A stretch of 64,000 nucleotides of DNA from Clostridiales bacterium (GCA_012514145.1 JAAZAV010000014.1:119265-183264); one strand, 5' to 3'. Positions 38,694 through 47,239 are shown, counted from the first letter of the stretch. Made by a program: numbers and translations. Notes: generated from the sequence alone by a model not told the origin.

Positions 38694-39884
38694 ATGAATA
38701 ACATTGTAAAGATAGGTGTATTCGGCACCAAGCGCGGCAAATCCTTCATAAACGCTTTCAAAGATGTCGACGGTGTGAAGGTCACCGCACTATGCGATAA
38801 AAACACCGCAGCGCTCGATTCGGCAGCCGCTCTCTGCGATCCCGATGTGCAGAAGTATACCGACTTTGACGAATTCATCGAAAAGTCGGGTATTGACGCG
38901 GTTGTTCTCACCAACTATTTCCATCAGCATACCCCCTTCGCCATAAAGGCAATGGAGCGCGGAATCCATGTACTCAGTGAGACCACTCCTGCCTCGACTA
39001 TGGCGGAATGCGTTGCGCTCTGCCGCGCCGTTGAGCGTACCGGCTGCAAGTATATGCTTGCCGAGAACTATCCCTTCATGTGCTCATGTATTGAGCTTAA
39101 GCGCGTGTACGAAAGCGGCAAGCTCGGTCCGGTTATGTATGCCGAGGGTGAATATGTGCACCCCATGTCAGCCGCGGATTCCAATTCCATTTCCCCCGGT
39201 GAATTCCACTGGAGAAGGTGGCTGCCCCGCACCTATTATCTCACCCACTCACTGGCGCCTCTGATGCATATGACCGGCGCTATGCCGCTTAAGGTCAACG
39301 CCCGCACCTCCTGGCGTCCCGAATATTCCCTCGAGCGCGGCCGTGCGGTAGGCGACGGGCACAGCACCATCATGCTTGCCATGGATAATGACTCGGTGTT
39401 CCGTGTAGCCGGCTCATGCTGCTTCGGTCCTCATGGAAACTGGTACCGTCTCGGCTGTCTGCGCGGCGGCATTGAAACGGTGCGCGGCGATCAGAGCTCT
39501 GTCAGGCTTGTTTACAACTCCTGGGAGACTCCAGAAGGTGAGGAAAGCCGCACCTACACAGCCGAATGGAGAGAGCTGGGCGAGCTGGCAAGCAAAGCGG
39601 GACACGGCGGCGGCGACTTCTGGGTATGTTACCACTTCGCCAGGTATCTGACAGATGATGTCAAGCCATTCTTCGACGTGTACCGCTCAACTGCGATGTC
39701 GGCTGTCGCTATTCTCGCGTGGAGAAGCGTGCTTGAGGACGGTGCGACCAAGACTGTTCCCGACTTCTCCGACGAGGAGCAGCGGAAGCTCTGGGAAAAC
39801 GATACCGCCACCCCCTTCCCCACCGATGAGAACGGAATGGCAGCGGTATCTATGCCCTGCTCCAGCCGCGAGTTTAAAGTGTAA
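38694..39884 (+). CDS. Gfo/Idh/MocA family oxidoreductase
   Basis: N-terminal Rossmann KIGVFGTKRGKSF ... VTALCD ... DAVVLTNYFHQHTPFAIKAMERGIHVLSE(T)P pattern. Confidence 0.8.
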   Translation: MNNIVKIGVFGTKRGKSFINAFKDVDGVKVTALCDKNTAALDSAAALCDPDVQKYTDFDEFIEKSGIDAVVLTNYFHQHTPFAIKAMERGIHVLSETTPASTMAECVALCRAVERTGCKYMLAENYPFMCSCIELKRVYESGKLGPVMYAEGEYVHPMSAADSNSISPGEFHWRRWLPRTYYLTHSLAPLMHMTGAMPLKVNARTSWRPEYSLERGRAVGDGHSTIMLAMDNDSVFRVAGSCCFGPHGNWYRLGCLRGGIETVRGDQSSVRLVYNSWETPEGEESRTYTAEWRELGELASKAGHGGGDFWVCYHFARYLTDDVKPFFDVYRSTAMSAVAILAWRSVLEDGATKTVPDFSDEEQRKLWENDTATPFPTDENGMAAVSMPCSSREFKV

Positions 39885-39907
39885 TTGTTGTGAACTTATA
39901 GTTATAA

Positions 39908-39949
39908 CTCCCTGGTACCCAAAATCAAAGGTATCAGGGAGTTTTGTTT
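39908..39949. terminator. hairpin terminator between convergent operons
   Basis: CTCCCTGGTACC / GGTATCAGGGAG 12-bp stem (one G-U pair) followed by TTTTGTTT on the plus strand. Confidence 0.75.
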
Positions 39950-39958
39950 ATTCGGTTG

Positions 39959-40807
39959 TCACAATATAATATCAGAGTAAACGGGCATATGGTCGGAAAT
40001 CGGCATATACCATTCGGGCGCAGCGCGAACGAAGTTCCTGACTGTGCCATCGGCTATACCCCGGCAGAGGATGTGGTCAATTGCCTGTTCAAAGGTACCG
40101 GGATCGGGGTTAAGGTCAAAACCGCTGTTTCCGCATATGTGATGACCTCTTGTTTCGTCCGCATGGGCTGTGGCTATATCATGCGCATGGAGATAGCCGC
40201 GTGTCAGCAGCGATTGAATCGCCTCGGAGGAATACACGGCGTTAAGATCGCCGACGATATACCCGGGACAGTCATACTTTTCACAGAAGGCGTCAACCTC
40301 ATCCGCAAGGATGCCCAGCTGGTATTTCCGGGCTGCACCGCTGAAGGGCTGATAGGATTTTGATTCGGGATTGTCGCTCTTCCACCAAAGATGAGTGGAG
40401 GCAAAGACAAAGAGCCTGCCGTTCTCCTTGACCCGAAATACGGCTATTGTGCGGGATTTGGTTTTGCCGTTGTTGAAGCTGCCCTCGTGACCCGGGAGCT
40501 CTTCATCGTAAATTGCAAAACGCGAGTCAACTAACTCCAGGCGGTCGGCACGGTACCAGATCGGCGTATCGCGCCCCCAAAGTACGGCATAGTCTTTGCC
40601 GAGTGCGGTCAGTGATTCCTGTACCAGTTCGGTCATACGGGCGGAGATTTCCTGCAGACCGATAACGTCGGGAGCGGTCTCGTCTAAAATCCTCGCCACA
40701 CCCGGCGCACGGGCGTTAACGGAGCAGTCAAGCCCTTTCTCCGCCCATGCGGGCTGGTTTGTGTCGCATTTCCACAGGTTAGCGCTCAATATTCTCAGCT
40801 CTGCCAT
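39959..40807 (-). CDS. endonuclease/exonuclease/phosphatase (EEP) family protein
   Basis: LRILSANLW, VIGLQEI, GDLN and the C-terminal SDHMPVYSDI blocks. Confidence 0.85.
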   Translation of the reverse strand: MAELRILSANLWKCDTNQPAWAEKGLDCSVNARAPGVARILDETAPDVIGLQEISARMTELVQESLTALGKDYAVLWGRDTPIWYRADRLELVDSRFAIYDEELPGHEGSFNNGKTKSRTIAVFRVKENGRLFVFASTHLWWKSDNPESKSYQPFSGAARKYQLGILADEVDAFCEKYDCPGYIVGDLNAVYSSEAIQSLLTRGYLHAHDIATAHADETRGHHICGNSGFDLNPDPGTFEQAIDHILCRGIADGTVRNFVRAAPEWYMPISDHMPVYSDIIL

Positions 40808-40818
40808 GTTTATTCTCC

Positions 40819-41829
40819 TTATTTCTTGATGAAATTCGCCGTGGATGCCGTCATGTGCTTTGCATATTCCAGGTCAATTTCATGTTCCAGCGGCTCAATG
40901 CCGGCGATAAACCTGCGCAGATCGCCGATGAGCGCAAGAGTGACATGCTCTCTGATGTCGGTAGTCGGACCGCCGCGGTGAGGAACGAGATATATACCCT
41001 CAATTCCCCGCAGCGACGAATCGGCAGGCAGAGGCTCGCGCTCATACACATCAAGTATGGCGCGTATTCTTCCCTCGCGGCAGACTTTTGCCAGGTCATC
41101 CTCCACTATAATCGCACCGCGTGCGGTGTTGACAAAGAGTGCGTCCGGCTTCATTTTCTCGAAATAATGTGCATCGATCATATGATAGGTATCTTCTCGC
41201 AGGGATTCATGCAGCGATACAATGTCGCATGTTTCGAAAATCTCGTCCATATCGCACTTCTGAGCCCGATATTCCGTCTGCATTTCGGGCAGGAAATAAT
41301 CGGAGCATATTTTCACCGTGCATTCGAACGCCTGCAGCATCTTCGCAAGGTTCTTGGCAATCATGCCGAAGCCGATGATACCAATCGTCTTGAAGCGGAT
41401 ACCGTCGGAGCGGCGGTAGGGCGCCCAGCCGTTGTTATGGGTTTCGTTTATGACATCCACCAGTCTGCGCTGCGCCGCGATGATATAGCCGATTGTCCCC
41501 TCTGCCACCGAATTGGCATAAAGCCGGTTGCCGCAAACAAGACGTATGCCACGAGCGGTCATTTCCTCTGTCATGATACCTGCTACGCTGCCGCCGGTGT
41601 AGCAGACCAGTTTTAGTTTGTCGGCATTTCTCAGAAAATCATCGGTCATCTGAGGCATCCCCCAGTTGCCGAATAACACATCGACACCGGCCAGGGAGTC
41701 CCGCAGTTCGTCACGGCTCATAATTGCATATTTGGCATCGCCGCAGGTCTCAATCTCGGTTTTAGCACGCTCGGTGAAGAATGTGTTCTGAACTTCGGCG
41801 CTGGCGCTGCTGCTTACAAGTATATTCAT
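40819..41829 (-). CDS. D-isomer-specific 2-hydroxyacid dehydrogenase family protein
   Basis: NAD-binding IGIIGFGMIAKNLAKML and the catalytic-region block NTARGAIIVEDDL ... VPHRGGPT. Start set to the ATG at 41829 (AAAGGAA 11 nt upstream) rather than the track's 41883. Confidence 0.85.
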   Translation of the reverse strand: MNILVSSSASAEVQNTFFTERAKTEIETCGDAKYAIMSRDELRDSLAGVDVLFGNWGMPQMTDDFLRNADKLKLVCYTGGSVAGIMTEEMTARGIRLVCGNRLYANSVAEGTIGYIIAAQRRLVDVINETHNNGWAPYRRSDGIRFKTIGIIGFGMIAKNLAKMLQAFECTVKICSDYFLPEMQTEYRAQKCDMDEIFETCDIVSLHESLREDTYHMIDAHYFEKMKPDALFVNTARGAIIVEDDLAKVCREGRIRAILDVYEREPLPADSSLRGIEGIYLVPHRGGPTTDIREHVTLALIGDLRRFIAGIEPLEHEIDLEYAKHMTASTANFIKK

Positions 41830-41840
41830 GTATATGATAA

Positions 41841-41906
41841 TTCCTTTCGCTGCGCTCAAGTCACAAAAGGGTAATGAAACCAAATGCGGCGGCGCAGAGT
41901 TAAAAT
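41841..41906 (-). repeat. 66-nt direct repeat copy R1 (5' leader of the dehydrogenase gene)
   Basis: Hand alignment with 46675-46739 shows one 1-nt indel in an A-run plus 2 substitutions. It contains the ribosome-binding site and ends 11 nt before the ATG. Confidence 0.9.
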
Positions 41907-42045
41907 ATGTGATATGATAAGCTTGAGAAAAGGCACACTACAGAGTACGTGGAGGTTAGTGGACACAGCGCACGCTGAACCGTATGTTTATATGTACCGA
42001 TTTCTCAGGTTCGCAGAGGATTCTATGCCTGAACTTCATTATATC

Positions 42046-42081
42046 GGAGCTGTATCAATATCTTCGTTTTGATACAGCTCC
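42046..42081 (-). terminator. hairpin downstream of Ig-like paralog A
   Basis: Perfect 12-bp stem GGAGCTGTATCA / TGATACAGCTCC, but no clear U-tract on the minus strand. Confidence 0.4.
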
Positions 42082-42129
42082 GCTTTCGGTTGTTATGCGA
42101 GTTTGCCGGGTTGGTCAGGCTTTATGGTG

Positions 42130-44361
42130 TTAAGGATTGATATATTCGATTTTAACATGAAACGTCAGCTTTCCGCCGTATCTGTCGGTGATGATGCAGT
42201 CAGCTTCCGTGTATAAAGTCAAAGAATATATATACCAATCATCACGTCCCTGCAGCCAGCCATCTCCCCCGGTATGTACTTTGTATGATCCGTATTCCCC
42301 GGTCGTGCTGATTCCCAGTTTCGAGCCGTTAACTTCCGTTCTTACTATATGAACCACGGAGCCGTATTTCTCGACGCGATATTCCGGCTCGATGATATAA
42401 AGGTTTTCCGGCACCAGATTTTTGCGCCCCTGCCATTCAAAAGTCAGTCCTTCGCCGAGGACATAATCTCTCATGTCTATCCAATAGAGAGTGCCGTCCT
42501 TGGTGACTTCAAGTTTCGTCTGAGTCAGGTTATCCCGCTTGTATCTCAGCGTGCCTTCAAGCTTTGCCGGCATTGTCGCGAAATTGTGACCGTTTACCTT
42601 TCCTTTGCAGCGGAACCAGCAGCCGGAGGATTCCGACCCGACAAAGACATCGATTTTCTTGGAGTTGGTGTCGGGAAGGTCGACCCAGTTGCCGCCTTCG
42701 CTTCTGCGCTGCCAGACGCACTCGAGACTGTTGACTTTAAGTCCGATAAAATCAAAATCGAAACTGACACGTTCGTTGAATTTAGCTCTGACGCTCTTTG
42801 GATTCCGGATATTGTAATCTTTCGGCGCCGTGTCGTAGGTAATGGAAACCTCGTTGGAAATGACAGGTTCCGAATGCTGCCCGCTGATTACGCAGCGGAA
42901 TTTGAAAGTACCGCTGCCGTCCTCTTTGTACCATGTAAGCGTCGGAGTGTCAAATCCGGCAAACTGTGGGTTTTTATCGGGGACATCTCGCCAGTTGTTC
43001 AGCCATAAAAACTGCCAACGATAAAAGATCAAAGAATCGCCCGTTGCCTTGACATGAATCTCGGCAGGAACATTCTCTGTCTTGACAACGTTTTGCGGCT
43101 GCTCGGTTATTTTCAATTCCAGAAGCGAGTTGACTTTTGCCGGGGAAGAGGATACGGTAAGGCCATATCTGTCGGTGATAAGACAGATATACTCAGGCAG
43201 GCTGCCCGGTAATATTACATTTAATATCGGCGGCGGGTTTACCACGAGCGACAGCGTATTCGTCTGGGCGCCGGAGTAATTGGTTCCATCCTTTATATTT
43301 CTGTATTCATAGGACATGAATACTCCCTCTTCTTTGCTGAAGCTTCCGACCAGCTCCTGCCATTGATACTTAAGGTCAAGACCTTCGGCGCCGACATAGA
43401 GTGTGGCGATTTCTCCCGCCTTCTTTGTCTGTTCCTTCGGCTGCACGGTGATATTGATGCCTGGGCTTATAGGAATTATCGAAGCATAATCGGATGTGAC
43501 GGATTTGCCGTTTTTATCGGTTATGACGCAGCGGTAGCTGCCCGATCTGATCGCATATATATCGGCCAATATCGTCAGCTTCGATGCGGCTGCGCCGGAA
43601 ATGCCGCTTGATTCGTATAGGTCAACCCAGTTCCAGGAAGACGCCGCAGCGCTTTCCGGATTTGAATCGAAGGCTCTTTCATCCCGCTGCCATTTATATT
43701 TAAGACCCTCTCCGGACGCTTTGACTTCGAAGACCGCATAATCGCCCTCTTTGACATTGCAGTCTTCCGGCTGTTTTTCGATAACCGGTACGCCGGACGA
43801 CTCCGAAACCGGTTTCTCGTCGGAACCCGGCTTTTCGTCGGAATCCAAATCCGGCGTCGGCGCTCCTTTAAGCGTCAGGCTGAGCGTTCTCGCCTTCGGA
43901 TCCCAGACGTATTCTTTAGCGTAAAATTTCGCCAGGTCGTCGACGTAGATTATCGTACTGCCGCCGACGTTGAAGCTGTCCACCTTTACGCCGTCAAGAT
44001 AGGTGACAATGTCGGTGAAATACACCGGCATCGCCTTCGAGCCGATAGGATGGGTGTTTTTCTCCGGCTTGTATCCGCCGACTACCGGCACGCTTTCCAG
44101 CCGCCTTACGGTCAGCTCTCTTTCGACTCCGTACCATACTACATAAAAGCCGTAGTTCGAAAGGTCCTCAACTATAACGGCGGTGTTTCCTTTGATGTTG
44201 TAGGAACGAATTGGCAATCCGTTGATATAGGTTATGATGTCGGTGTGAAGAACATGATCGACCACATCCCCGACTTTCGGAGCGGCGAAGATAACCTGCG
44301 GCAGACACGCGAGAATTGTCAGGGTGAGCGCTAAAGCTAAGAATTGCTTGATTGCTTTCAT
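42130..44361 (-). CDS. secreted repeat protein, paralog A: signal peptide, two N-terminal ~65-aa repeats, linker, Ig-like modules
   Basis: Signal peptide ending IFA|AP. Repeats TDIITYINGLPIRSYNIKGNTAVIVEDL and TDIVTYLDGVKVDSFNVGGSTIIYVDDL. Ig-like signatures KYKWQ...GSYRCVITDKNGKSVTS, KYQWQ...EYICLITDRYGLTVSS, FYRWQ...FKFRCVISG and CVWQ...CWFRCKG. GAAAGGAA ribosome-binding site. Confidence 0.8.
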   Translation of the reverse strand: MKAIKQFLALALTLTILACLPQVIFAAPKVGDVVDHVLHTDIITYINGLPIRSYNIKGNTAVIVEDLSNYGFYVVWYGVERELTVRRLESVPVVGGYKPEKNTHPIGSKAMPVYFTDIVTYLDGVKVDSFNVGGSTIIYVDDLAKFYAKEYVWDPKARTLSLTLKGAPTPDLDSDEKPGSDEKPVSESSGVPVIEKQPEDCNVKEGDYAVFEVKASGEGLKYKWQRDERAFDSNPESAAASSWNWVDLYESSGISGAAASKLTILADIYAIRSGSYRCVITDKNGKSVTSDYASIIPISPGINITVQPKEQTKKAGEIATLYVGAEGLDLKYQWQELVGSFSKEEGVFMSYEYRNIKDGTNYSGAQTNTLSLVVNPPPILNVILPGSLPEYICLITDRYGLTVSSSPAKVNSLLELKITEQPQNVVKTENVPAEIHVKATGDSLIFYRWQFLWLNNWRDVPDKNPQFAGFDTPTLTWYKEDGSGTFKFRCVISGQHSEPVISNEVSITYDTAPKDYNIRNPKSVRAKFNERVSFDFDFIGLKVNSLECVWQRRSEGGNWVDLPDTNSKKIDVFVGSESSGCWFRCKGKVNGHNFATMPAKLEGTLRYKRDNLTQTKLEVTKDGTLYWIDMRDYVLGEGLTFEWQGRKNLVPENLYIIEPEYRVEKYGSVVHIVRTEVNGSKLGISTTGEYGSYKVHTGGDGWLQGRDDWYIYSLTLYTEADCIITDRYGGKLTFHVKIEYINP
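43865..44303 (-). repeat. 439-bp near-identical block (copy in paralog A)
   Basis: Aligns without gaps to 46167-46605 at an offset of 2302. About 5 mismatches in a 133-nt stretch compared by eye. Confidence 0.85.
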
Positions 44362-44415
44362 TTCGGTTCCTTTCGTGGTTTGATTTCGTGTTGCGTCTTG
44401 CTTTGAGTTCGGGAT

Positions 44416-44444
44416 ATCGGCGGCTTACACTGTCAGCCGCCGAT
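44416..44444 (-). terminator. hairpin between paralog B and paralog A
   Basis: Perfect 10-bp stem ATCGGCGGCT / AGCCGCCGAT. No U-tract, so it is at best a weak or partial terminator or an RNA-stability element. Confidence 0.4.
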
Positions 44445-44461
44445 TATCCAGGCTTTATTGG

Positions 44462-46663
44462 TTATTCCCAATCATATTCGATTGTAACATGAAATGTCAG
44501 CTTCTCGCCGTATTTATCGGTAATGTTGCAATACGCTTCTTCGTATAATTTTTCAACCACATACATTTCATCGTTGCCTGACCCGCTAAAATAGTACCTA
44601 TAATGGGTTGTACTTATCCCTAATCTCGGTCCATCAACTTGTGTTCTTATTACCCCAATTTCAGAGCCATGTGGCTCGAAGCGAATTTCCGGTTCAATGA
44701 TATAAAGGTTTTCGGGTATCCAGTTGTTGCGCCCTTCCCATTCATAAGTCAGACCTTCGCCTACGATATATTTGCTGACGTCTATCCAGTGCAGCTCGCC
44801 GTTAGTTTTGATTTTCATCGTTGTCTTCGTTAATCCGCTGCGTTTCGGAACCAGCGTACCCTGAAGCTGAGCCGGCATTGTTGTGAATTTATGACCGTTT
44901 ACCGTCCCCGTGCAGCGGTACCAGCAGCCGGAGTTTTCCGGAGTGATCTGCAGTAAAATGCTTGTGTCGGTAGGGTTTTTGCTTGGAAGATCAACCCACT
45001 TTCCGTCATTCCCTTTCATCTGCCATATACATTTTAGACTGTTAACCTTGATATTATAAAATCCAAAACTGAAAAAAGCTTCATCGTAAAATTTGCCTCT
45101 GAAAGTTTTAGGTTGGTATATCTGGTAATCTTCGATCGGCAGTTTGAAGGTAATCGCAGCTTCGTTGGAAATAACCGGTTCGGAATTCGGTCCGTCGACT
45201 ATGCAGCGGACATTTGAAGTACCGCTTGTATCTCGGCTCCATGAAAGCGTCGGTGTGTCAACGCCGGCAAATTTCGGATTATTTTCGGGGATGTCCGTCC
45301 ACTTTCCCAGCCATATAAACTGCCAGCGGTAAGAAAGCGGGAAATCGCCCTCCGCTTTTATATGAAGTTCGGCGGGAGCATTCTCGGTCTGTATAACATT
45401 TTTCGGCTGCTCGGTTATCCTGATTTCCCTGTAAGAGTTGATCATAGCCGGAGAAGAGGATATTGTCATGCCGTAGCGGTCGGTGATAAGACAGATATAC
45501 TTCTGTGTCCCGCCGGGCACTACTACCCCGAACATTTTCGACGCATCGACTTTAACCGTCAGAGTCTTCGTTTTGGTACCGGAGTATTTGCCGCCGTCAT
45601 CAATATTCTGGTATTCGGAGCTCATTAATATTCCGGAGCTGCTGTCGGCGTTGTATTTTAATACCAGCTCTTGCCACTGATATTTTAAGTCACTGCCGGT
45701 TGCTTCAACATAAAGGGTGGCGTATTCTCCCGCCTTCTTTCTTTGATCCTGCGGCTGTGTGATGATTTTAATGCTGGGCTTTAAGGGAATTATCGACACA
45801 TGATTTGATGTGACGGTTTTTCCGTTGCTGTCTGTTATAATGCAGCGATAGCCGCCGGAATAAACAGCGTCAAGGTCCACCAATACGGAGAGCTTCGATG
45901 TTTTTGCGCCGGAAATCCCTCCCCCGTCCGAAAGATTGACCCAATTCCAGGAGGAAGAAGTTGAGGCGCTGTCCGGCGTCGTTGATTTGGAGTCTGATTC
46001 TTCCCGCTGCCATCGGTATTTTAAGCCGTCTCCGGATGCTTTTACTTCAAAGAACGCATATTCGCCTTCTTTAACGCTGCAGCTCTCCGGTTGCTTTTCA
46101 ATGACCGGTTCTCCGGATGAACCAGAGCCCGGTTTATCTTCCGAACCTGAACCCGATGCAGAAGCGCCTTTAAGCGTCAGGCTGAGTGTCCTCGCCTTCG
46201 GATCCCAGAAGTATTCTTTCGCGTAGAATCTCGCCAGGTCGTCGACGTAGATTATCGTGCTGCCGCCGACATTGAAGCTGTCCACCTTTACGCCGTCAAG
46301 ATAGGTGACAATGTCAGTGAAATACACCGGCATCGCCTTCGAGCCGATCGGATGAGTGTTTTTCTCCGGCGTATAGCCGCCGACTACCGGTACGCTTTCC
46401 AGCCGCATTACGGTGAGTTTTCTTTGATCTCCATACCATACGACATAAAAGCCGTACTTCGAGAGATCCTCAACTATTACGGCGGTGTTGCCTTTGATGT
46501 TGTAGGAGCGGATCGGCAATCCGTTGATATAGGTTATGATGTCGGTGTGAAGAACATGATCGACCACATCCCCGACTTTCGGAGCGGCGAAGATAGCCTG
46601 CGGCATACCTGAAAACATTAATACAGCAAGCGCGAGGGCGATGAATCTCTTAATGGATTTCAT
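44462..46663 (-). CDS. secreted repeat protein, paralog B (same architecture as A)
   Basis: Start set to the ATG at 46663 (MKSIKRFIALALAVLMFSGMPQAIFA|AP; AAAGGAA 11 nt upstream). Residues of the two N-terminal repeats are almost identical to A, while the Ig-like part is clearly diverged (YRCIITDSNGKTVTS, KYICLITDRYGMTISS, VRCIVDG, CWYRCTG). Confidence 0.8.
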   Translation of the reverse strand: MKSIKRFIALALAVLMFSGMPQAIFAAPKVGDVVDHVLHTDIITYINGLPIRSYNIKGNTAVIVEDLSKYGFYVVWYGDQRKLTVMRLESVPVVGGYTPEKNTHPIGSKAMPVYFTDIVTYLDGVKVDSFNVGGSTIIYVDDLARFYAKEYFWDPKARTLSLTLKGASASGSGSEDKPGSGSSGEPVIEKQPESCSVKEGEYAFFEVKASGDGLKYRWQREESDSKSTTPDSASTSSSWNWVNLSDGGGISGAKTSKLSVLVDLDAVYSGGYRCIITDSNGKTVTSNHVSIIPLKPSIKIITQPQDQRKKAGEYATLYVEATGSDLKYQWQELVLKYNADSSSGILMSSEYQNIDDGGKYSGTKTKTLTVKVDASKMFGVVVPGGTQKYICLITDRYGMTISSSPAMINSYREIRITEQPKNVIQTENAPAELHIKAEGDFPLSYRWQFIWLGKWTDIPENNPKFAGVDTPTLSWSRDTSGTSNVRCIVDGPNSEPVISNEAAITFKLPIEDYQIYQPKTFRGKFYDEAFFSFGFYNIKVNSLKCIWQMKGNDGKWVDLPSKNPTDTSILLQITPENSGCWYRCTGTVNGHKFTTMPAQLQGTLVPKRSGLTKTTMKIKTNGELHWIDVSKYIVGEGLTYEWEGRNNWIPENLYIIEPEIRFEPHGSEIGVIRTQVDGPRLGISTTHYRYYFSGSGNDEMYVVEKLYEEAYCNITDKYGEKLTFHVTIEYDWE
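46167..46605 (-). repeat. 439-bp near-identical block (copy in paralog B)
   Basis: See 43865-44303. Confidence 0.85.
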
Positions 46664-46674
46664 TTTTATGACCT

Positions 46675-46739
46675 TTCCTTTCGCTGCGCTCAAGTCACAA
46701 AGGGTAATGAAACCAAATGCGACAGCGCAGAGTTAAAAT
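46675..46739 (-). repeat. 65-nt direct repeat copy R2 (5' leader of paralog B)
   Basis: Matches 41841-41906. It contains the ribosome-binding site and ends 11 nt before the ATG at 46663. Confidence 0.9.
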
Positions 46740-46789
46740 TCTTACCAGTTGTTTACATTAAACCATGCTTGTTTAATGTGCGCTTTCTG

Positions 46790-46951
46790 CTATTAAAAGC
46801 AAGAACAAGTCCCCCTGGAATTGTCAAACGTTACAATGCTCTGAAAAAGCGCAGGGGTCACAAGAAAGCAGTGATTGCTATTGCTCGAATGCTGCTGACT
46901 GCCATCTTCAGCGTTCTCAAAAAACACGAACCTTACCCCCCGGAACTTTAT
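46790..46951 (+). mobile_element. IS110-family transposase C-terminal remnant (5'-truncated, non-functional)
   Basis: Only IVKRYNALKKRRGHKKAVIAIARMLLTAIFSVLKKHEPY resembles the extreme C-terminus of IS110/IS1111 transposases (..RGKKKAIVAVARKLL..). No DEDD N-terminal domain is present, and the rest of the 162-aa ORF is not protein-like. Confidence 0.6.
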
Positions 46952-47239
46952 CGCAAATCCGACACTCCTCCGGAGATTAGTAATGTGCCTTTTGATAAAT
47001 CAGTCTTTATTTTACAGCGTCAGAGGTATTTATTTCGTCTTAGTCTTAAGGCGGTTGAGTTTAATTTATATCCATCTCAATCACCTTTACGGAGGTCTGT
47101 TTTTTGCGCCTGTTTTTATTCGCTTAGCCGATCATTTATCAATCTTATCCTCCAATCAAAGTCATTATCTTTCATAATCTATAATATCACCACGCTGACG
47201 CACGGTCAAGTGGCAGATTCATTATTTCCGTTCTTATGC

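Noticed and set aside
40855-41616. Long antisense ORFs: this 253-aa one, plus 58326-59087, 51804-52346, 14591-15118, 159-692, 7300-7932 and many others in the track.
   Set aside because: Each lies entirely opposite a CDS with clear family motifs. Their compositions are Arg/Cys/Ala-rich and low-complexity, with no ribosome-binding site. Such shadow ORFs are expected in GC-rich coding DNA.
41884-42072. 62-aa ORF starting inside repeat copy R1.
   Set aside because: The equivalent frame in copy R2 stops after 14 codons. There is no ribosome-binding site and the sequence is Arg-rich and non-protein-like, so it is probably fortuitous.
42130-46663. Diversity-generating retroelement or phase-variation mechanism acting on the Ig-like paralogs.
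   Set aside because: There is no reverse transcriptase and no template/variable repeat pair with A-specific mismatches. I found no invertible-segment inverted repeats or long homopolymer or SSR tracts in or near the genes.
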